Positions 28,893 through 39,451 are shown, counted from the first letter of the stretch. The stretch: 64,000 nt of DNA from a virus (IMGVR_UViG_3300032320_001447:110360-174359), one strand, 5' to 3'. Notes: generated from the sequence alone by a model not told the origin. Numbers and translations: made by a program.

Positions 28893-30047
28893 TTATTTAT
28901 GATATTCATTGTTATAAAATTTAGAGTCGTCAACTTCGTTGTAAGAATAGTCTACGGTTATTCTCTCTTCTAAGAATTTTTCTTTAACTACACCTATCTT
29001 ACGATCTTCGATAGTTACTGTACCAACTCCATCGTATGCTTCTAATTCTATTTCGTCGTACTGAGCACATGCATCTTTGTAACTAAAGAAAGGCCCAAAC
29101 ATTACGCTATATTCTGCTGCATCGTATCCTTCTAATAAGAATGATTCTCCGTGCCCATCTTTGTACTTCATAAAGTATGGTGACTGAGTAACGAACCACA
29201 CATTAGGAGATTTGCCATCACCAATAATATTCATAGCTAAATCCTTAGCTAATTTTGCTGTGGTCGTTTTGTATTCTGCTAAATGATCTACTTCTACTTT
29301 AGGTGCTTCTACTGTTTTAACAATTCCAAATTCAAGTACATAGTTTTCAATCTTAGCTATAATTTCTTCTCTCGTCATGCCTTTATAATCTAAGTACTTA
29401 ATAGTCCATGCGCCTCGTGGATGAGAATAGCTAATTGTATTTTCGTCGGGTGCACCTGTGTACATATAACCTAAATAAGAATTAACATGACCGCTATCTA
29501 ACCATGCTGGAACATGACATAATACTCTCCACATTCCACGCTTAGTGTTTTCTAAAAAGCCTAAACGTTTTAAATAACCTTTGTACTGATCTTGACGATA
29601 GTGTTTACCAGCGCTATATTTTTTCCACCAAGTTATTTGTTCGATACCTTCCATTGCTGCGTGGAATTCTTTAGTAGTGAATGTGTCACCTATGTTTTTA
29701 GAATTGATGAACGACTTTACAGATTGGAATAAATTTGGTTTGACATTCATAGTAGCTAATGCTTCTACTAAAGCGTCTTGAGCTAAGAATGTATCTTTTT
29801 GAGATCTACCGCCAACGTGCCACTCGATTGTTTCTTTATCGGTATAACGACGATATTCTTTCCAATCGTATACAGTAAATATAGTACCGTCTTCTAATTC
29901 TAATTCCCACTCGTTTTGCACTTTATCGTGGGGGTCGCTCGTATGATTTGGCGCACCTAAGATAATTTGTAGATCTGCTAACGTAGCACTGATTGTGGCA
30001 CCGTGAAATGAAGTACCGTCTAACGATTTGTTTGTTTTCTTTATCAT
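28893..30047 (-). CDS. Multi-module hypothetical early protein
   Basis: N-terminal 'KVQNEWELE...FTVYDWK...EWHVGG' module, then a winged-helix-like segment and an acidic C-terminal module. Confidence 0.6.
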   Translation of the reverse strand: MIKKTNKSLDGTSFHGATISATLADLQIILGAPNHTSDPHDKVQNEWELELEDGTIFTVYDWKEYRRYTDKETIEWHVGGRSQKDTFLAQDALVEALATMNVKPNLFQSVKSFINSKNIGDTFTTKEFHAAMEGIEQITWWKKYSAGKHYRQDQYKGYLKRLGFLENTKRGMWRVLCHVPAWLDSGHVNSYLGYMYTGAPDENTISYSHPRGAWTIKYLDYKGMTREEIIAKIENYVLEFGIVKTVEAPKVEVDHLAEYKTTTAKLAKDLAMNIIGDGKSPNVWFVTQSPYFMKYKDGHGESFLLEGYDAAEYSVMFGPFFSYKDACAQYDEIELEAYDGVGTVTIEDRKIGVVKEKFLEERITVDYSYNEVDDSKFYNNEYHK

Positions 30048-30157
30048 AACTTATTTTTTTGTTTTAATGTTTGTGAATTTAATATCTGTGTCGGTTAAAT
30101 TTAATGTGTGACCGATATACACAATTGATAGGAATAGTATTACTGATATCATATTGA

Positions 30158-30475
30158 TTAATTTGATGAAGGCATTGCTGAATATTCTATGTCTGTGTTG
30201 TGCCACTTTTTCATGTACCTTTGCCATGACATTTCACCTGTATCTATTCTCGCTTGATCTAATTCCATGTTGTGAGGTACGCCTGCGATGAAGTCTTGAT
30301 TATCTAAGAATTCAAAGTTAACGTGACAATCTGGATTAGCTTCGCTAAGCGCTTTATGATTCAACTGCATGTTTTTCCACATAAGCTCTTTGTCATAATC
30401 TTCGAATATTACAACTTCGTGGTCAGTAACGATCTCTTTTGTAAGAGCATTTTTAATGTAAATTCTAACTTTCAT
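30158..30475 (-). CDS. Hypothetical protein
   Basis: ORF track; first gene after the 30.5 kb regulatory region. Confidence 0.55.
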   Translation of the reverse strand: MKVRIYIKNALTKEIVTDHEVVIFEDYDKELMWKNMQLNHKALSEANPDCHVNFEFLDNQDFIAGVPHNMELDQARIDTGEMSWQRYMKKWHNTDIEYSAMPSSN

Positions 30476-30553
30476 AGCTTTTATTTATTGATTATAGATA
30501 AAACTACACAATTCTGGCTATCTAGAGCTGTTTTATTGAACTATTTTCAAAAT

Positions 30554-30662
30554 TTCTCGATAGATAACCAATCAGTTATGTATATGTTTTTTAATAATAT
30601 GAGGTATTTTCATAACGCGTTGATTGCCAATAGGTTGCAACCCTATGAAAAACAATCAGTTA
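30554..30662. repeat. Three copies of the 25-bp imperfect palindrome
   Basis: TAACTGATTGGTTATCTATCGAGAA (minus), TAACGCGTTGATTGCCAATAGGTTG (plus), TAACTGATTGTTTTTCATAGGGTTG (minus). Confidence 0.75.
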
Positions 30663-30700
30663 TGAATGGTCTTAAATTAAATGTGTAAAGCGTTGGGAAA

Positions 30701-31381
30701 TTACTTGTAGTCTATGATATCGTCTACATTTAGGTTGCCTTTATCGTCGTAACCTATACGTTCTAAGTGTTCTAAATAGAATGGATCTAAATTATAGAAC
30801 TTCGTATTGTTCTCGTCTAATACTTCTTCGTCGTGTATGTACTTAGACTCTATGTTTCTTGTTATACGATCGCTGAATGGATCCACTGCAAATAAGAAAC
30901 TGCAGTTATAACATAACCATCTTAGGTTCTCTAATCTCCAATCAGATTTGTTACCATTAGAGAAGTTAATCAATAATGGTACCTTCATATCTAATATGCG
31001 TTTCTCTTTGAATCCGCACTCTGCACAACAGTATCCTAATCTACCATCTTTCATTAGTAGATCTTTGAGCTTAGCAACTCTCTGCGGATTTGATACTTGT
31101 TTCTCTGTAAGCATCTCGTCTAAGTCTCGTTTAAAATTACTGCCTTGAAAATTCTTAGGTATCCCTTTGGCTGATTGATTCATGTGTAAATCAAACAACG
31201 TCTTTCCAGTATCTCTGTCTATATACTTACTCGCATATTTCTTGTACGTAATGTAAGTGATCTGCATCCATCTTGCAGCCTCGTGATTGCTGCGAGTATT
31301 CTTCATTGCTTCCCATATCTGATCTTCTGTGATCTGAAGACCTTGATAGGCGAAATTAGGCTTTTCTCTATTCTCTTCCAC
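30701..31381 (-). CDS. HTH + zinc-binding HNH-like protein (HNH histidines degenerate)
   Basis: 'SNHEAARWMQITYITYKKYA'; 'CAECG...PLLINFSNGNKSDWRLENLRWLCYNC'. Confidence 0.65.
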   Translation of the reverse strand: MEENREKPNFAYQGLQITEDQIWEAMKNTRSNHEAARWMQITYITYKKYASKYIDRDTGKTLFDLHMNQSAKGIPKNFQGSNFKRDLDEMLTEKQVSNPQRVAKLKDLLMKDGRLGYCCAECGFKEKRILDMKVPLLINFSNGNKSDWRLENLRWLCYNCSFLFAVDPFSDRITRNIESKYIHDEEVLDENNTKFYNLDPFYLEHLERIGYDDKGNLNVDDIIDYK

Positions 31382-31788
31382 TAATCCTGTATTTTTGGAT
31401 TAAGATCTACCATGAGGCTCCAAAGATCGTAAGGCGTTTCTAGTATTATTTCTTGACCTGATTGATCTACTAATGCGTTCAATGTACCATCAGGATTTAC
31501 TCTATCATAAAGATAGAACGCTATGATATCTGAACAAGCCTCTCCAAAATGTAAGTAGTACATTAGATCTATAATTGATAAAAACTTCTCGTCATACTTA
31601 AACATATCCATATCCATATCCGCATATAGCAACGATTGTCTCACTGTTATCTCTTCCATGGAATTCATCATCTGTACAAACATCTCCTTCTTCTTGTCTA
31701 ACGCAGTTCTCTTCTTTCTTCTAACGTAAGACTTAACATTTAATATTCCGTTTACTGCTGTTTGTATTTCTTTGAAATCTTCTGCCAT
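31381..31788 (-). CDS. Hypothetical protein
   Basis: ORF track. Confidence 0.6.
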   Translation of the reverse strand: MAEDFKEIQTAVNGILNVKSYVRRKKRTALDKKKEMFVQMMNSMEEITVRQSLLYADMDMDMFKYDEKFLSIIDLMYYLHFGEACSDIIAFYLYDRVNPDGTLNALVDQSGQEIILETPYDLWSLMVDLNPKIQD

Positions 31789-31790
31789 TG

Positions 31791-32132
31791 TTATAGTTTT
31801 GGTTTAGTGACTACCTTCTTCGGCTTTTTCTTTATCTTTTCTATCAGTTTGGTAATCTTGTTACACGATTCGTAGTCCTCTTCTTCTATGTAGAATATGA
31901 TACAGGTTTCTAGAGCTTGAACCCATTGATTCTTATGTAATTCTATGTAACAATTTGAATCGTTAATTTCAAATATAGAAGCGAAAGTTTTTTTATTGTC
32001 TATAGCATGTTCTATAGATTTAGGAACTTCGTTCTTAATCAGAGTCTTTAATAGCTCTGAGCTTTGTATGTCGTGTGCTTTTAATGTCTCTACGTTTTCA
32101 AAGAGTGCACGAGGAGGTCTATTATTTTTCAT
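31791..32132 (-). CDS. Protein with C-terminal UVR-like motif
   Basis: 'YIEEEDYESCNKITKLIEKI'. Confidence 0.55.
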   Translation of the reverse strand: MKNNRPPRALFENVETLKAHDIQSSELLKTLIKNEVPKSIEHAIDNKKTFASIFEINDSNCYIELHKNQWVQALETCIIFYIEEEDYESCNKITKLIEKIKKKPKKVVTKPKL

Positions 32133-32147
32133 AACGATTGTGGTTCT

Positions 32148-32813
32148 TTAACCTACACTTATTTTAGAATTAGGATTATTTTCTTTCATAAATTTTGAAT
32201 GTTCTGGTCTTTTTTTGCCGTAGAAGCAATGGTTTTTTCCACTCATTTTTTCTATAAAAGATTTTGATTGTTTAACTCTAACACCTGTTTTTATAGGACA
32301 TTTATCAAAATGCCATCTATGCATTGTGCTATTATTTCCTTCTTTTCCGCAATGAGGACAAACACTCTTTTTTCTAGGAATTCCTTTTTGTGCGTTCCTT
32401 ATTTTTTCTTTAGTTTCTTCAGTTTTATGAATGCCTAAATTTGATTTATTTCCTTTAGAAGATATAGACAATTTTTTTCTATGCTCTAATGTTTTTTTTC
32501 TGCCAAACCACGGATGAGATTCACCACTTCCAAATCCTCCATCGCCTTCTTCATCTTTTAAATTAGCCCAACTATCTGAACTTACAACATTAAATAACTT
32601 AGAGTAATATTTACCCATATTTTTTAAATCGTCTTGACTTTCTGTTTCGTGTAAAATCCAAGTTTCTATATCTGAAAGTTTTATTTTATATTTGCTCAGA
32701 TGTCTTTTCCATTTAAGTCCGCTACCTTTATATTCAAAAGGATTTCTTTTGGTTTTTCCTAAATAAAACAAACCTCTTGGACTTCTTTTAACATATAGAT
32801 AAATAGTATTCAC
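32148..32813 (-). CDS. GIY-YIG-like homing endonuclease with NUMOD3 repeats
   Basis: 'YLYVK...FYLGKT...YKGSG', 'WANLKDEEGDGG', 'HKTEETKEKIRNAQKG', CPHC. Confidence 0.8.
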   Translation of the reverse strand: MNTIYLYVKRSPRGLFYLGKTKRNPFEYKGSGLKWKRHLSKYKIKLSDIETWILHETESQDDLKNMGKYYSKLFNVVSSDSWANLKDEEGDGGFGSGESHPWFGRKKTLEHRKKLSISSKGNKSNLGIHKTEETKEKIRNAQKGIPRKKSVCPHCGKEGNNSTMHRWHFDKCPIKTGVRVKQSKSFIEKMSGKNHCFYGKKRPEHSKFMKENNPNSKISVG

Positions 32814-33139
32814 TATTCAGACCTCTTAAATATTTTCATTACCACATCTGCAATAGATGTTAGAGGAATTGTAAACCCTATCACGTTACGAAATGCGTTT
32901 CGATCATCGTAAGCTACTGTAATTCCAGCATCTCCCAATCTTTTTTGTAAGGCAACAGATATCTTATTTGCTAGCTCTTGCTTATCTCTTGGATCTTGAG
33001 GTTCGTCTGTCAATATAAACTGCATCTTTATACCCATTTTTGTTGGGTTATCGTTTACATCAAATTGTATAATGAATGGCATCTTTTTACCATCTATTGT
33101 CAAACTTACTGGATATCTAGGTTGCTGTGAAAGGGCCAT
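32813..33139 (-). CDS. Hypothetical protein
   Basis: ORF track; ATATTTATA upstream. Confidence 0.6.
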   Translation of the reverse strand: MALSQQPRYPVSLTIDGKKMPFIIQFDVNDNPTKMGIKMQFILTDEPQDPRDKQELANKISVALQKRLGDAGITVAYDDRNAFRNVIGFTIPLTSIADVVMKIFKRSE

Positions 33140-33161
33140 TGTTCTTTTATCTTATAAATAT

Positions 33162-34337
33162 TTAGAATACGTTCTTGATGAATGTTCCCATCATTTTGTC
33201 TATGTGATCTACCATTTGCAATACATTGATCTTAAGTCCATTATATTCATAAGTACCCACTGCATCTACAGATTCTTTAATAATAACCTGTATATTGGGA
33301 ACAATGTTTAAATCCACATTGTCTTTTGCATCAAAGTAGATAAGAATGTCGTTCTGCTTTGGTTCTTCTATTGGACGCACCCTAGCTTCAAGGATTAGAT
33401 CTGTCTTAGGTTGCTCGTATTCTATATAGTCAGCAATTATAGACTGATCTACGTATATATTATTGAACCATGGCTCTAATGATAATAATAAACTAGAATC
33501 GCAATTCTCTACAACTATTCCTATATCGTACCTCGGTTTTAATATTGGTCTTTGATACTCATCGTTATCAATCCAACTACCCCACTTTCTAATGTAGTTT
33601 CTTGCCGCTTTCGCTGAAGCATTCTTAAAGTAATCATCGTCTTTGCCGATCTCTTCTGTCCATCTGTGTCCTCTACAAGTTAAGTGATATACAAATGCAT
33701 CTCTTGACTGGATTAATTCGTATCCGTGTAGCATCCATCTTTGGAATATATCCGAGTCTTCGTAAGGGAATGGCGCGAATAGTCTGTCATGTCCTCCCAT
33801 TGTAACAAAGTCTTCTTTGTATATAATCCACGGTGCAAACATACCATTAGTGGTTAAGTCTTTGTACTCATGTTGAGCCTCTAAAACGTATGCCTCAAAT
33901 GCGTTTAAGTTTAAGTTGTCGAAGTCAGTACCAAAATCTTTAATGATCTTCTCTTTACCTGCTGGGTGCAATGGAGGTTCTACTCTTGTTGCGCACACTA
34001 CAGTTTCTTTTTGTAAATGCTTAAGTGTATTCTCTAAGTAGTAAGGACCTAATATCATATCTGCGTGCATGATACCGACCACTTCTGTTTGAGCCAACTC
34101 AATTCCTTTATCGTATAGTACTGTATGACCTACTCTTTCAGAAGATCTATATATAGCGGTGATATTGTCATCGCTTAAACTAGCCAACCACTCTGTAGTA
34201 CCATCTGTAGATCCATCGTCTAACATAACGATCTTACAATTTTGCGCATGCGTCTTTATACTCTGATATGCATTCTTTAAGTGTCTTAGATTATTACTCG
34301 ATGGTATAACTAATGTAACTTGTTCTTGTGTTAACAT
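33162..34337 (-). CDS. GT2 glycosyltransferase
   Basis: 'LDDGSTDGT', 'HADM', 'EDSDIF'; paralog of 34331..35470. Confidence 0.85.
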   Translation of the reverse strand: MLTQEQVTLVIPSSNNLRHLKNAYQSIKTHAQNCKIVMLDDGSTDGTTEWLASLSDDNITAIYRSSERVGHTVLYDKGIELAQTEVVGIMHADMILGPYYLENTLKHLQKETVVCATRVEPPLHPAGKEKIIKDFGTDFDNLNLNAFEAYVLEAQHEYKDLTTNGMFAPWIIYKEDFVTMGGHDRLFAPFPYEDSDIFQRWMLHGYELIQSRDAFVYHLTCRGHRWTEEIGKDDDYFKNASAKAARNYIRKWGSWIDNDEYQRPILKPRYDIGIVVENCDSSLLLSLEPWFNNIYVDQSIIADYIEYEQPKTDLILEARVRPIEEPKQNDILIYFDAKDNVDLNIVPNIQVIIKESVDAVGTYEYNGLKINVLQMVDHIDKMMGTFIKNVF

Positions 34338-35470
34338 AATTTTAATTTAGGTTGACTTTCTTTTTTCTCTCTTACAATTAATTTGAATACTTGTAACTCA
34401 TATTCTCCAGGTTCTTGAACTTCATTAGTGATTAATTCTGGTAGATTATGCAGAATATAATTAAAAAGATCTTGATTATTAAGAATATCTTTATAGTCTG
34501 CTTCTAAAATCATATCTGTAGTTAACTCGCTAACAAACTTAGAAGTCAAATCAAAAGAAGTCAAAGTGCTTGCGCCTTTAATGTAGTTAGTAGAATCAGC
34601 TTCGCACTGTATCTGATCGAAGAATGGTTCTATTCCTAGAACTTTACTATCGAAACAGTTTAGTATTCTTAAACCAATATTGTATTTTATATTTGGTATT
34701 GGTTCTAATGTATCTGTTTGTTTTAAAAATCCTCCCCATTTTCTAATGTATTCATTCATTGATATGGAGTTATTTATTTGCCACGCTTCGTCTTTCTTTT
34801 GAAAGTCTTCCATCTTTTCTGCGTGTGCAAATTGTCCGCCTCTACAAGTTAAGTGATATACCATTGCAGACCAAGATTGTATTAGATCATATCCTTGTAA
34901 TTTAAAGCGTCTAAATAAATCTGCATCTTCAAATACTGATCTGAATACTGGATCGTGTCCTAAATGTTGGTCTTTTCTAATTAACCATGGAGCAAAGATA
35001 CTCTTTGTTATCTTATCGCTTTTGTTCTCTTCTACAAACTTATTAAACTCTTCAATCTTTAAATCTTCTGGCCACATACCAAAATCTTGTACTATCTTCT
35101 CTATTCCTGCTGGATGTAATGGCGGTTCTATACGTGTAGCGCATACAATATTATCTTTTGTTTTAATATCCATCATGTGCTTGTCTGCATGAGGACCAAG
35201 AATCATATCTGCGTGGAATGCAACTACATATTCTCTATCAGCCTCTTTAAATATTGTATCGTAAGCGTGACCTATTCCTTTGGGTTCAGTGCTAGCATTT
35301 ATAATAAACCTAACGTCTTGTGTCTCTAACCATTCTACAGTTCCATCAGTATCTTGATCTACATACACAATTATTTCGTTAGGATAATAAGAGTTATCTT
35401 GAATAGATTTGATACATGGTTTTAAGTATCTTAAGTTATTTTTTGAAGGGATGCAAAACGTAATTGCCAT
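34331..35470 (-). CDS. GT2 glycosyltransferase
   Basis: 'DQDTDGT', 'HADMILG', 'TRIEPPLHP', 'EDADLF'. Confidence 0.85.
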   Translation of the reverse strand: MAITFCIPSKNNLRYLKPCIKSIQDNSYYPNEIIVYVDQDTDGTVEWLETQDVRFIINASTEPKGIGHAYDTIFKEADREYVVAFHADMILGPHADKHMMDIKTKDNIVCATRIEPPLHPAGIEKIVQDFGMWPEDLKIEEFNKFVEENKSDKITKSIFAPWLIRKDQHLGHDPVFRSVFEDADLFRRFKLQGYDLIQSWSAMVYHLTCRGGQFAHAEKMEDFQKKDEAWQINNSISMNEYIRKWGGFLKQTDTLEPIPNIKYNIGLRILNCFDSKVLGIEPFFDQIQCEADSTNYIKGASTLTSFDLTSKFVSELTTDMILEADYKDILNNQDLFNYILHNLPELITNEVQEPGEYELQVFKLIVREKKESQPKLKLC

Positions 35471-36039
35471 TATATAATTTCTACTTGTACGTTACCAAAA
35501 CAAACTAAACCTGTTCCATGATGATGACCAATCTCTGTTACATCATACGTAGGTAAGTCTAAACTATCCCACCAAAATTGCATACTAGGATTCAAATGAA
35601 TGTCGTCGCATAACATAAAACCTTCGTATCCAATCTCAGTTAATAAATCTGAGAACACTTTCTCTTGAGCTCCATCATGTGGATCGATGTCTAACATAAT
35701 CAACGGACTTTTCAATAAGATTTCTTTGTCTTCTGTATTGATGTCTTTAATTACTGGAACGATATTTGAATATTGTTTAAACGAATCAAAGTCATTGTTA
35801 TTGATATCGTATGTACGTACAATGTTATTAGGGTTATGTGCAAAAGCGATAGCTGAATTACCATACGATGTTCCTGCATCAATGATAGTAGTCATATTAA
35901 ACTTGGTCGATAGATAAGCGCATAGTTTAAAGTGTTCTCCATCAACTATATTCCACTCTTGCCATGGACATTGCGAGTTAGTTAGATGGCTTAAATCGAA
36001 GCTTAACACATCTTGCTTTACAATGGTTAGTTTTTTCAT
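35470..36039 (-). CDS. Class I SAM-dependent methyltransferase
   Basis: 'IIDAGTSYGNSA', 'IMLDIDPHDG', 'LCDDIH'. Confidence 0.75.
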   Translation of the reverse strand: MKKLTIVKQDVLSFDLSHLTNSQCPWQEWNIVDGEHFKLCAYLSTKFNMTTIIDAGTSYGNSAIAFAHNPNNIVRTYDINNNDFDSFKQYSNIVPVIKDINTEDKEILLKSPLIMLDIDPHDGAQEKVFSDLLTEIGYEGFMLCDDIHLNPSMQFWWDSLDLPTYDVTEIGHHHGTGLVCFGNVQVEII

Positions 36040-36884
36040 TTGAATAAATGTTTGTATTTGTCTTTGTTGTTAATTAAATATGTTGGAAGTAAATCATTAC
36101 GAACTTCACAAGCAAATGGTCGGCCTAATACATCCATGCCTGCATCAAGACGTTGTTGTACTACGTTCTTAACTTGATCGTTATTGTATTCTTGGTGACC
36201 AAAGTTTTCTAGTTTAGTCTTAATACGTTCTAAGCCTCCTTGATAAGTAAAGTGCCAACCTCCGTTATCTAAGAATAGGTGTTGTGTTTTAGATACAGTA
36301 TCTAAGTGATTAGCTGACGCGTTCTTTATATTCTTATACTTAGTGTAGTAAGTACCGAACCACTCTTCTGAACTTCTAAGGTTTAAGAAGCCGGTCATTA
36401 CGTGTTGCTTTAATTTGATCACGTTGTAGTCATCAACAGGATATTGAATATCTGGATTCCACATCTCATCTACATCTGAATTAAATACTAAATCGTTGTC
36501 ATCAAGTCCTGCCATCATTAAACCTCTGCGAATGCTTTCATGTTGATAGAATTCACGAAGCCATTGTTCTTCTCCAGCTGTATTAGATGTAGTTAAACAG
36601 TGCATTAAGATATTCTTATGTAGATCATCTTTAGGATTCATAAATGCCTTTCTAGCTTCTGCAAAGGTATTAGGCGTATCATCAACAATGCAGTGCACAA
36701 TCTTATGATTGAACTTTTCAAACAAGTGTTTGTTCTCGTTGTAGTATAAAGGTTTGTCTTTACCTGCATGACTGACTGTTGATTCAATCAATATAAAATA
36801 GTCTACCTTATCATTGAGTATATTAAGTCTAATGTCTAATAGATCTAATTCATTAAAGAATATAAATGCGTCTGCTACTTTCAT
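36036..36884 (-). CDS. GT17 family glycosyltransferase (MGAT3-like)
   Basis: 'FFNELDLLDIRL', 'SDVDEM', 'GGWHFTY', 'KLENFGHQEYN'. Confidence 0.85.
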   Translation of the reverse strand: MKVADAFIFFNELDLLDIRLNILNDKVDYFILIESTVSHAGKDKPLYYNENKHLFEKFNHKIVHCIVDDTPNTFAEARKAFMNPKDDLHKNILMHCLTTSNTAGEEQWLREFYQHESIRRGLMMAGLDDNDLVFNSDVDEMWNPDIQYPVDDYNVIKLKQHVMTGFLNLRSSEEWFGTYYTKYKNIKNASANHLDTVSKTQHLFLDNGGWHFTYQGGLERIKTKLENFGHQEYNNDQVKNVVQQRLDAGMDVLGRPFACEVRNDLLPTYLINNKDKYKHLFK

Positions 36885-37795
36885 TTAGTATATTGTTTAT
36901 AACGTTCTGAGTTTTGTTGTATGTATAATTCAAACTCTCTTTTACATTCGTCGTAAGATTGTAAGTTACCTTGTCTGTCCATGTAAATAAAGTCTCTATA
37001 TAAGTTAACTCCTGTACACCAATATCCGTCTGATACATTATGTCTTGCCCAATATTTAGGCGCGATAATTAATCTAGCCTCTTCGTTTGTTAAAGCTGGG
37101 AAATAACCAAAGCTTGAGTTAGATAAAATTAGCCATCTCGCATTCTTGATCGTAGCGTAATCTCTACCTACATCAAAGTGATACACATTATCTGCAAGTT
37201 CAGGAAGCAATCTCTTTGCCATATCTGGATTCTCTGTGATAACTAAGAACTGCATGTCGGGGTTCATCTTTAACATGTGATAAATAGCACGAACCCAATA
37301 ATCTCTTGGTAAAAATAGTTCGTTGTTACCTTCGTAGTCTCTGATATTCAGTACACAAATGTTATCGTCTGTGAATTCTTTATTATCATGTTCAGGCTTT
37401 AACTTCAACCATTGCTTAATATCTTCTTTACGATGGTAGATATAGTCTTCTGATTGCATCGTGCCATCAATCTTACAGTCATCTGGCACATTGGCTAAGT
37501 CGTGATCCGATAACCTAATATCGCAACCTAAAGTGGCATCGTGATTGCTATTGTTAGTAATAAGTCTTAACTCTTTTTCTTGATAGTGGTTGACAATCTT
37601 GCTATCTTCAACAGGTTCTCCTAAGTATAAGTCCATAAAATATAGACCTTCGCTATTGTATCTTTTATCTCCCAAGTTCTCTAAACCTTTAAGACCAAAC
37701 TCAACATCTCTATCCTCTGCTATTACTCTAGTAGTAACGTAAACGTGTAGTTGGTTACCTAATCCTTGACCATGGTATAATTCAGTTAGTATCAT
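36881..37795 (-). CDS. GT11-like (alpha-1,2-fucosyl/colitosyl) transferase
   Basis: 'GQGLGNQL', 'QSEDY', 'LSNSSFGYF', 'IIAPKYW'. Confidence 0.75.
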   Translation of the reverse strand: MILTELYHGQGLGNQLHVYVTTRVIAEDRDVEFGLKGLENLGDKRYNSEGLYFMDLYLGEPVEDSKIVNHYQEKELRLITNNSNHDATLGCDIRLSDHDLANVPDDCKIDGTMQSEDYIYHRKEDIKQWLKLKPEHDNKEFTDDNICVLNIRDYEGNNELFLPRDYWVRAIYHMLKMNPDMQFLVITENPDMAKRLLPELADNVYHFDVGRDYATIKNARWLILSNSSFGYFPALTNEEARLIIAPKYWARHNVSDGYWCTGVNLYRDFIYMDRQGNLQSYDECKREFELYIQQNSERYKQYTK

Positions 37796-37798
37796 TAT

Positions 37799-38794
37799 TT
37801 ATTTTTTCCAGAATGAATAAATGCCTTTCTCTAATTCGTAAGTCTCCCAATGAAATCTATCTCTATTAGGTTGGCGTTGTGCCCATTGCCACATATCCAA
37901 TAAGCCATCAGATAAATGCGTCTTATGTGTAAAGCCTAAAATGTCTTCTGACTTATGATACGTAGGGATTGAATGTTTAACTTCGTGTCTTGCTTCTTTA
38001 TAATCAACCTCTGCTCCGTATTTAATCACGTCTCTTAATACTTTGTTAGCATCGTTAATACTCCACTCTTCAACTCCACCTAAATTAATAATCTCTTTAG
38101 ACGCTCTTGGTTCAATAGCTGCATTCCATAATGGTTCAACTATATCATCGATGCAACTGAATGCTCTTGTTTGCGTACCATCACCGAAGATAGTCATAGG
38201 CTCGCCATTCATGTGTTGATACATCCAGATGCCAAGTACATTACGATACTTATCCCAAATGTTTTGCTTACGACCATATACGTTGTGAGGTCTGATAATA
38301 CAATAGTCTAAACCATGTTGTTCGTTTGCTATTTGAATATCCATCTCACATGCGTATTTAGCAACTCCGTATGGATCAATTGGCTTAGGTATTTGTGTCT
38401 CATCAAAGATACCACCGTATCCATGACCATATACCGCTAAAGTAGATGTGAACACTAATCTCTTTACATCGTACTTAATACAGTTGTTTACTATTCTAGC
38501 GGTTGCAACTAAGTTATTGTTATAGTTGTATTGTCTAATGAATGGACTTAATCCTTCTGCTGCGTAAGCTGCAAAATGAAATACATAATCGAATTTGTTA
38601 TTTTCAAAGCAGTTCTCAATCGGGTGATCTACCAAGTTCATTTGCCAAAAGTTAACCTTTGGGTTTACATTCTCTAAATAGCCGCCTGATAAATCATCTA
38701 TGCCTACTACTTCTACTTCAGGTTTGTTCTCTATAATCCAATCTGCAAGTCTTGAACCTAATAGACCTGCGACTCCTGTTATTAATACTTTCAT
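37799..38794 (-). CDS. NAD-dependent NDP-sugar epimerase/dehydratase
   Basis: TGVAGLLG, YGVAK, 'RPHNVYG', 'GDGTQTRAF'. Confidence 0.9.
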   Translation of the reverse strand: MKVLITGVAGLLGSRLADWIIENKPEVEVVGIDDLSGGYLENVNPKVNFWQMNLVDHPIENCFENNKFDYVFHFAAYAAEGLSPFIRQYNYNNNLVATARIVNNCIKYDVKRLVFTSTLAVYGHGYGGIFDETQIPKPIDPYGVAKYACEMDIQIANEQHGLDYCIIRPHNVYGRKQNIWDKYRNVLGIWMYQHMNGEPMTIFGDGTQTRAFSCIDDIVEPLWNAAIEPRASKEIINLGGVEEWSINDANKVLRDVIKYGAEVDYKEARHEVKHSIPTYHKSEDILGFTHKTHLSDGLLDMWQWAQRQPNRDRFHWETYELEKGIYSFWKK

Positions 38795-39451
38795 TTATAA
38801 ACTTTTTTGTGTTACTTGATAATAAAAATTGTTTCTACCATGAAATCCAAAAGGTATGTTACCATAATTCTCTGCTACCATAGTTTCGTGACTGAATTGT
38901 GCAGCAACCTCTATTGATGCAAACTTACAGCCAGCTGATTCGTAGTTACTTCTATTATGACAACATATAAATCCATCTTCGTGATAGAATCCATAATACT
39001 GTTTCCATTCTAAATCTAAATCATTTGCCACACATAATAACTTTTTACTTCTTAGTGTAAATCCTCCATTACCCATTCTTTGTATGTTTCCTTCTGGATC
39101 TCTGAAAGAGAAATCATCTTGGGGCAATGGCCATAAAGCTCCTATGTAATCGTATTGCATCCACTCGTTTTGCCAACTATCTGGATTCACCACATATCCA
39201 TCGTTCTGTACTAATAAGCAATGTGTAGTGTTAATGTATTCATGCAATCTATAAACTATAAAGTGGTTGTACTGCTCATAGTTTAATGGTTCGCATTTGA
39301 TAATCTCTACTACATCGTCTTGTATATCTTCAGGAGTAATTAGGATCGCACGGTCAAACTCTAATTCTCTCATAGAATACTTGATAGCCTTTAGAGTTTC
39401 AATAGCTTTTGTACCTGCTACAGCAGCGATGGTTACATTATTTAGTTTCAT
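38795..39451 (-). CDS. DUF5672 family putative glycosyltransferase
   Basis: 'LLVQNDGYV', 'YDYIGALW', 'GNGGFTLRSKKL', 'AAQFSHE', 'PFGFHG'. Confidence 0.8.
   Translation of the reverse strand: MKLNNVTIAAVAGTKAIETLKAIKYSMRELEFDRAILITPEDIQDDVVEIIKCEPLNYEQYNHFIVYRLHEYINTTHCLLVQNDGYVVNPDSWQNEWMQYDYIGALWPLPQDDFSFRDPEGNIQRMGNGGFTLRSKKLLCVANDLDLEWKQYYGFYHEDGFICCHNRSNYESAGCKFASIEVAAQFSHETMVAENYGNIPFGFHGRNNFYYQVTQKSL

Noticed and set aside
15050-30662. 25-bp repeats as a CRISPR array, with 50778..51698 as Cas4
   Set aside because: Repeats are degenerate, in mixed orientation and lack regular spacers; the nuclease is a common stand-alone phage exonuclease with no cas neighbours
33162-35470. Similar segments in two adjacent genes as a DGR template/variable repeat pair
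   Set aside because: Similarity is protein-level paralogy between two GT2 genes; no reverse transcriptase is in the window
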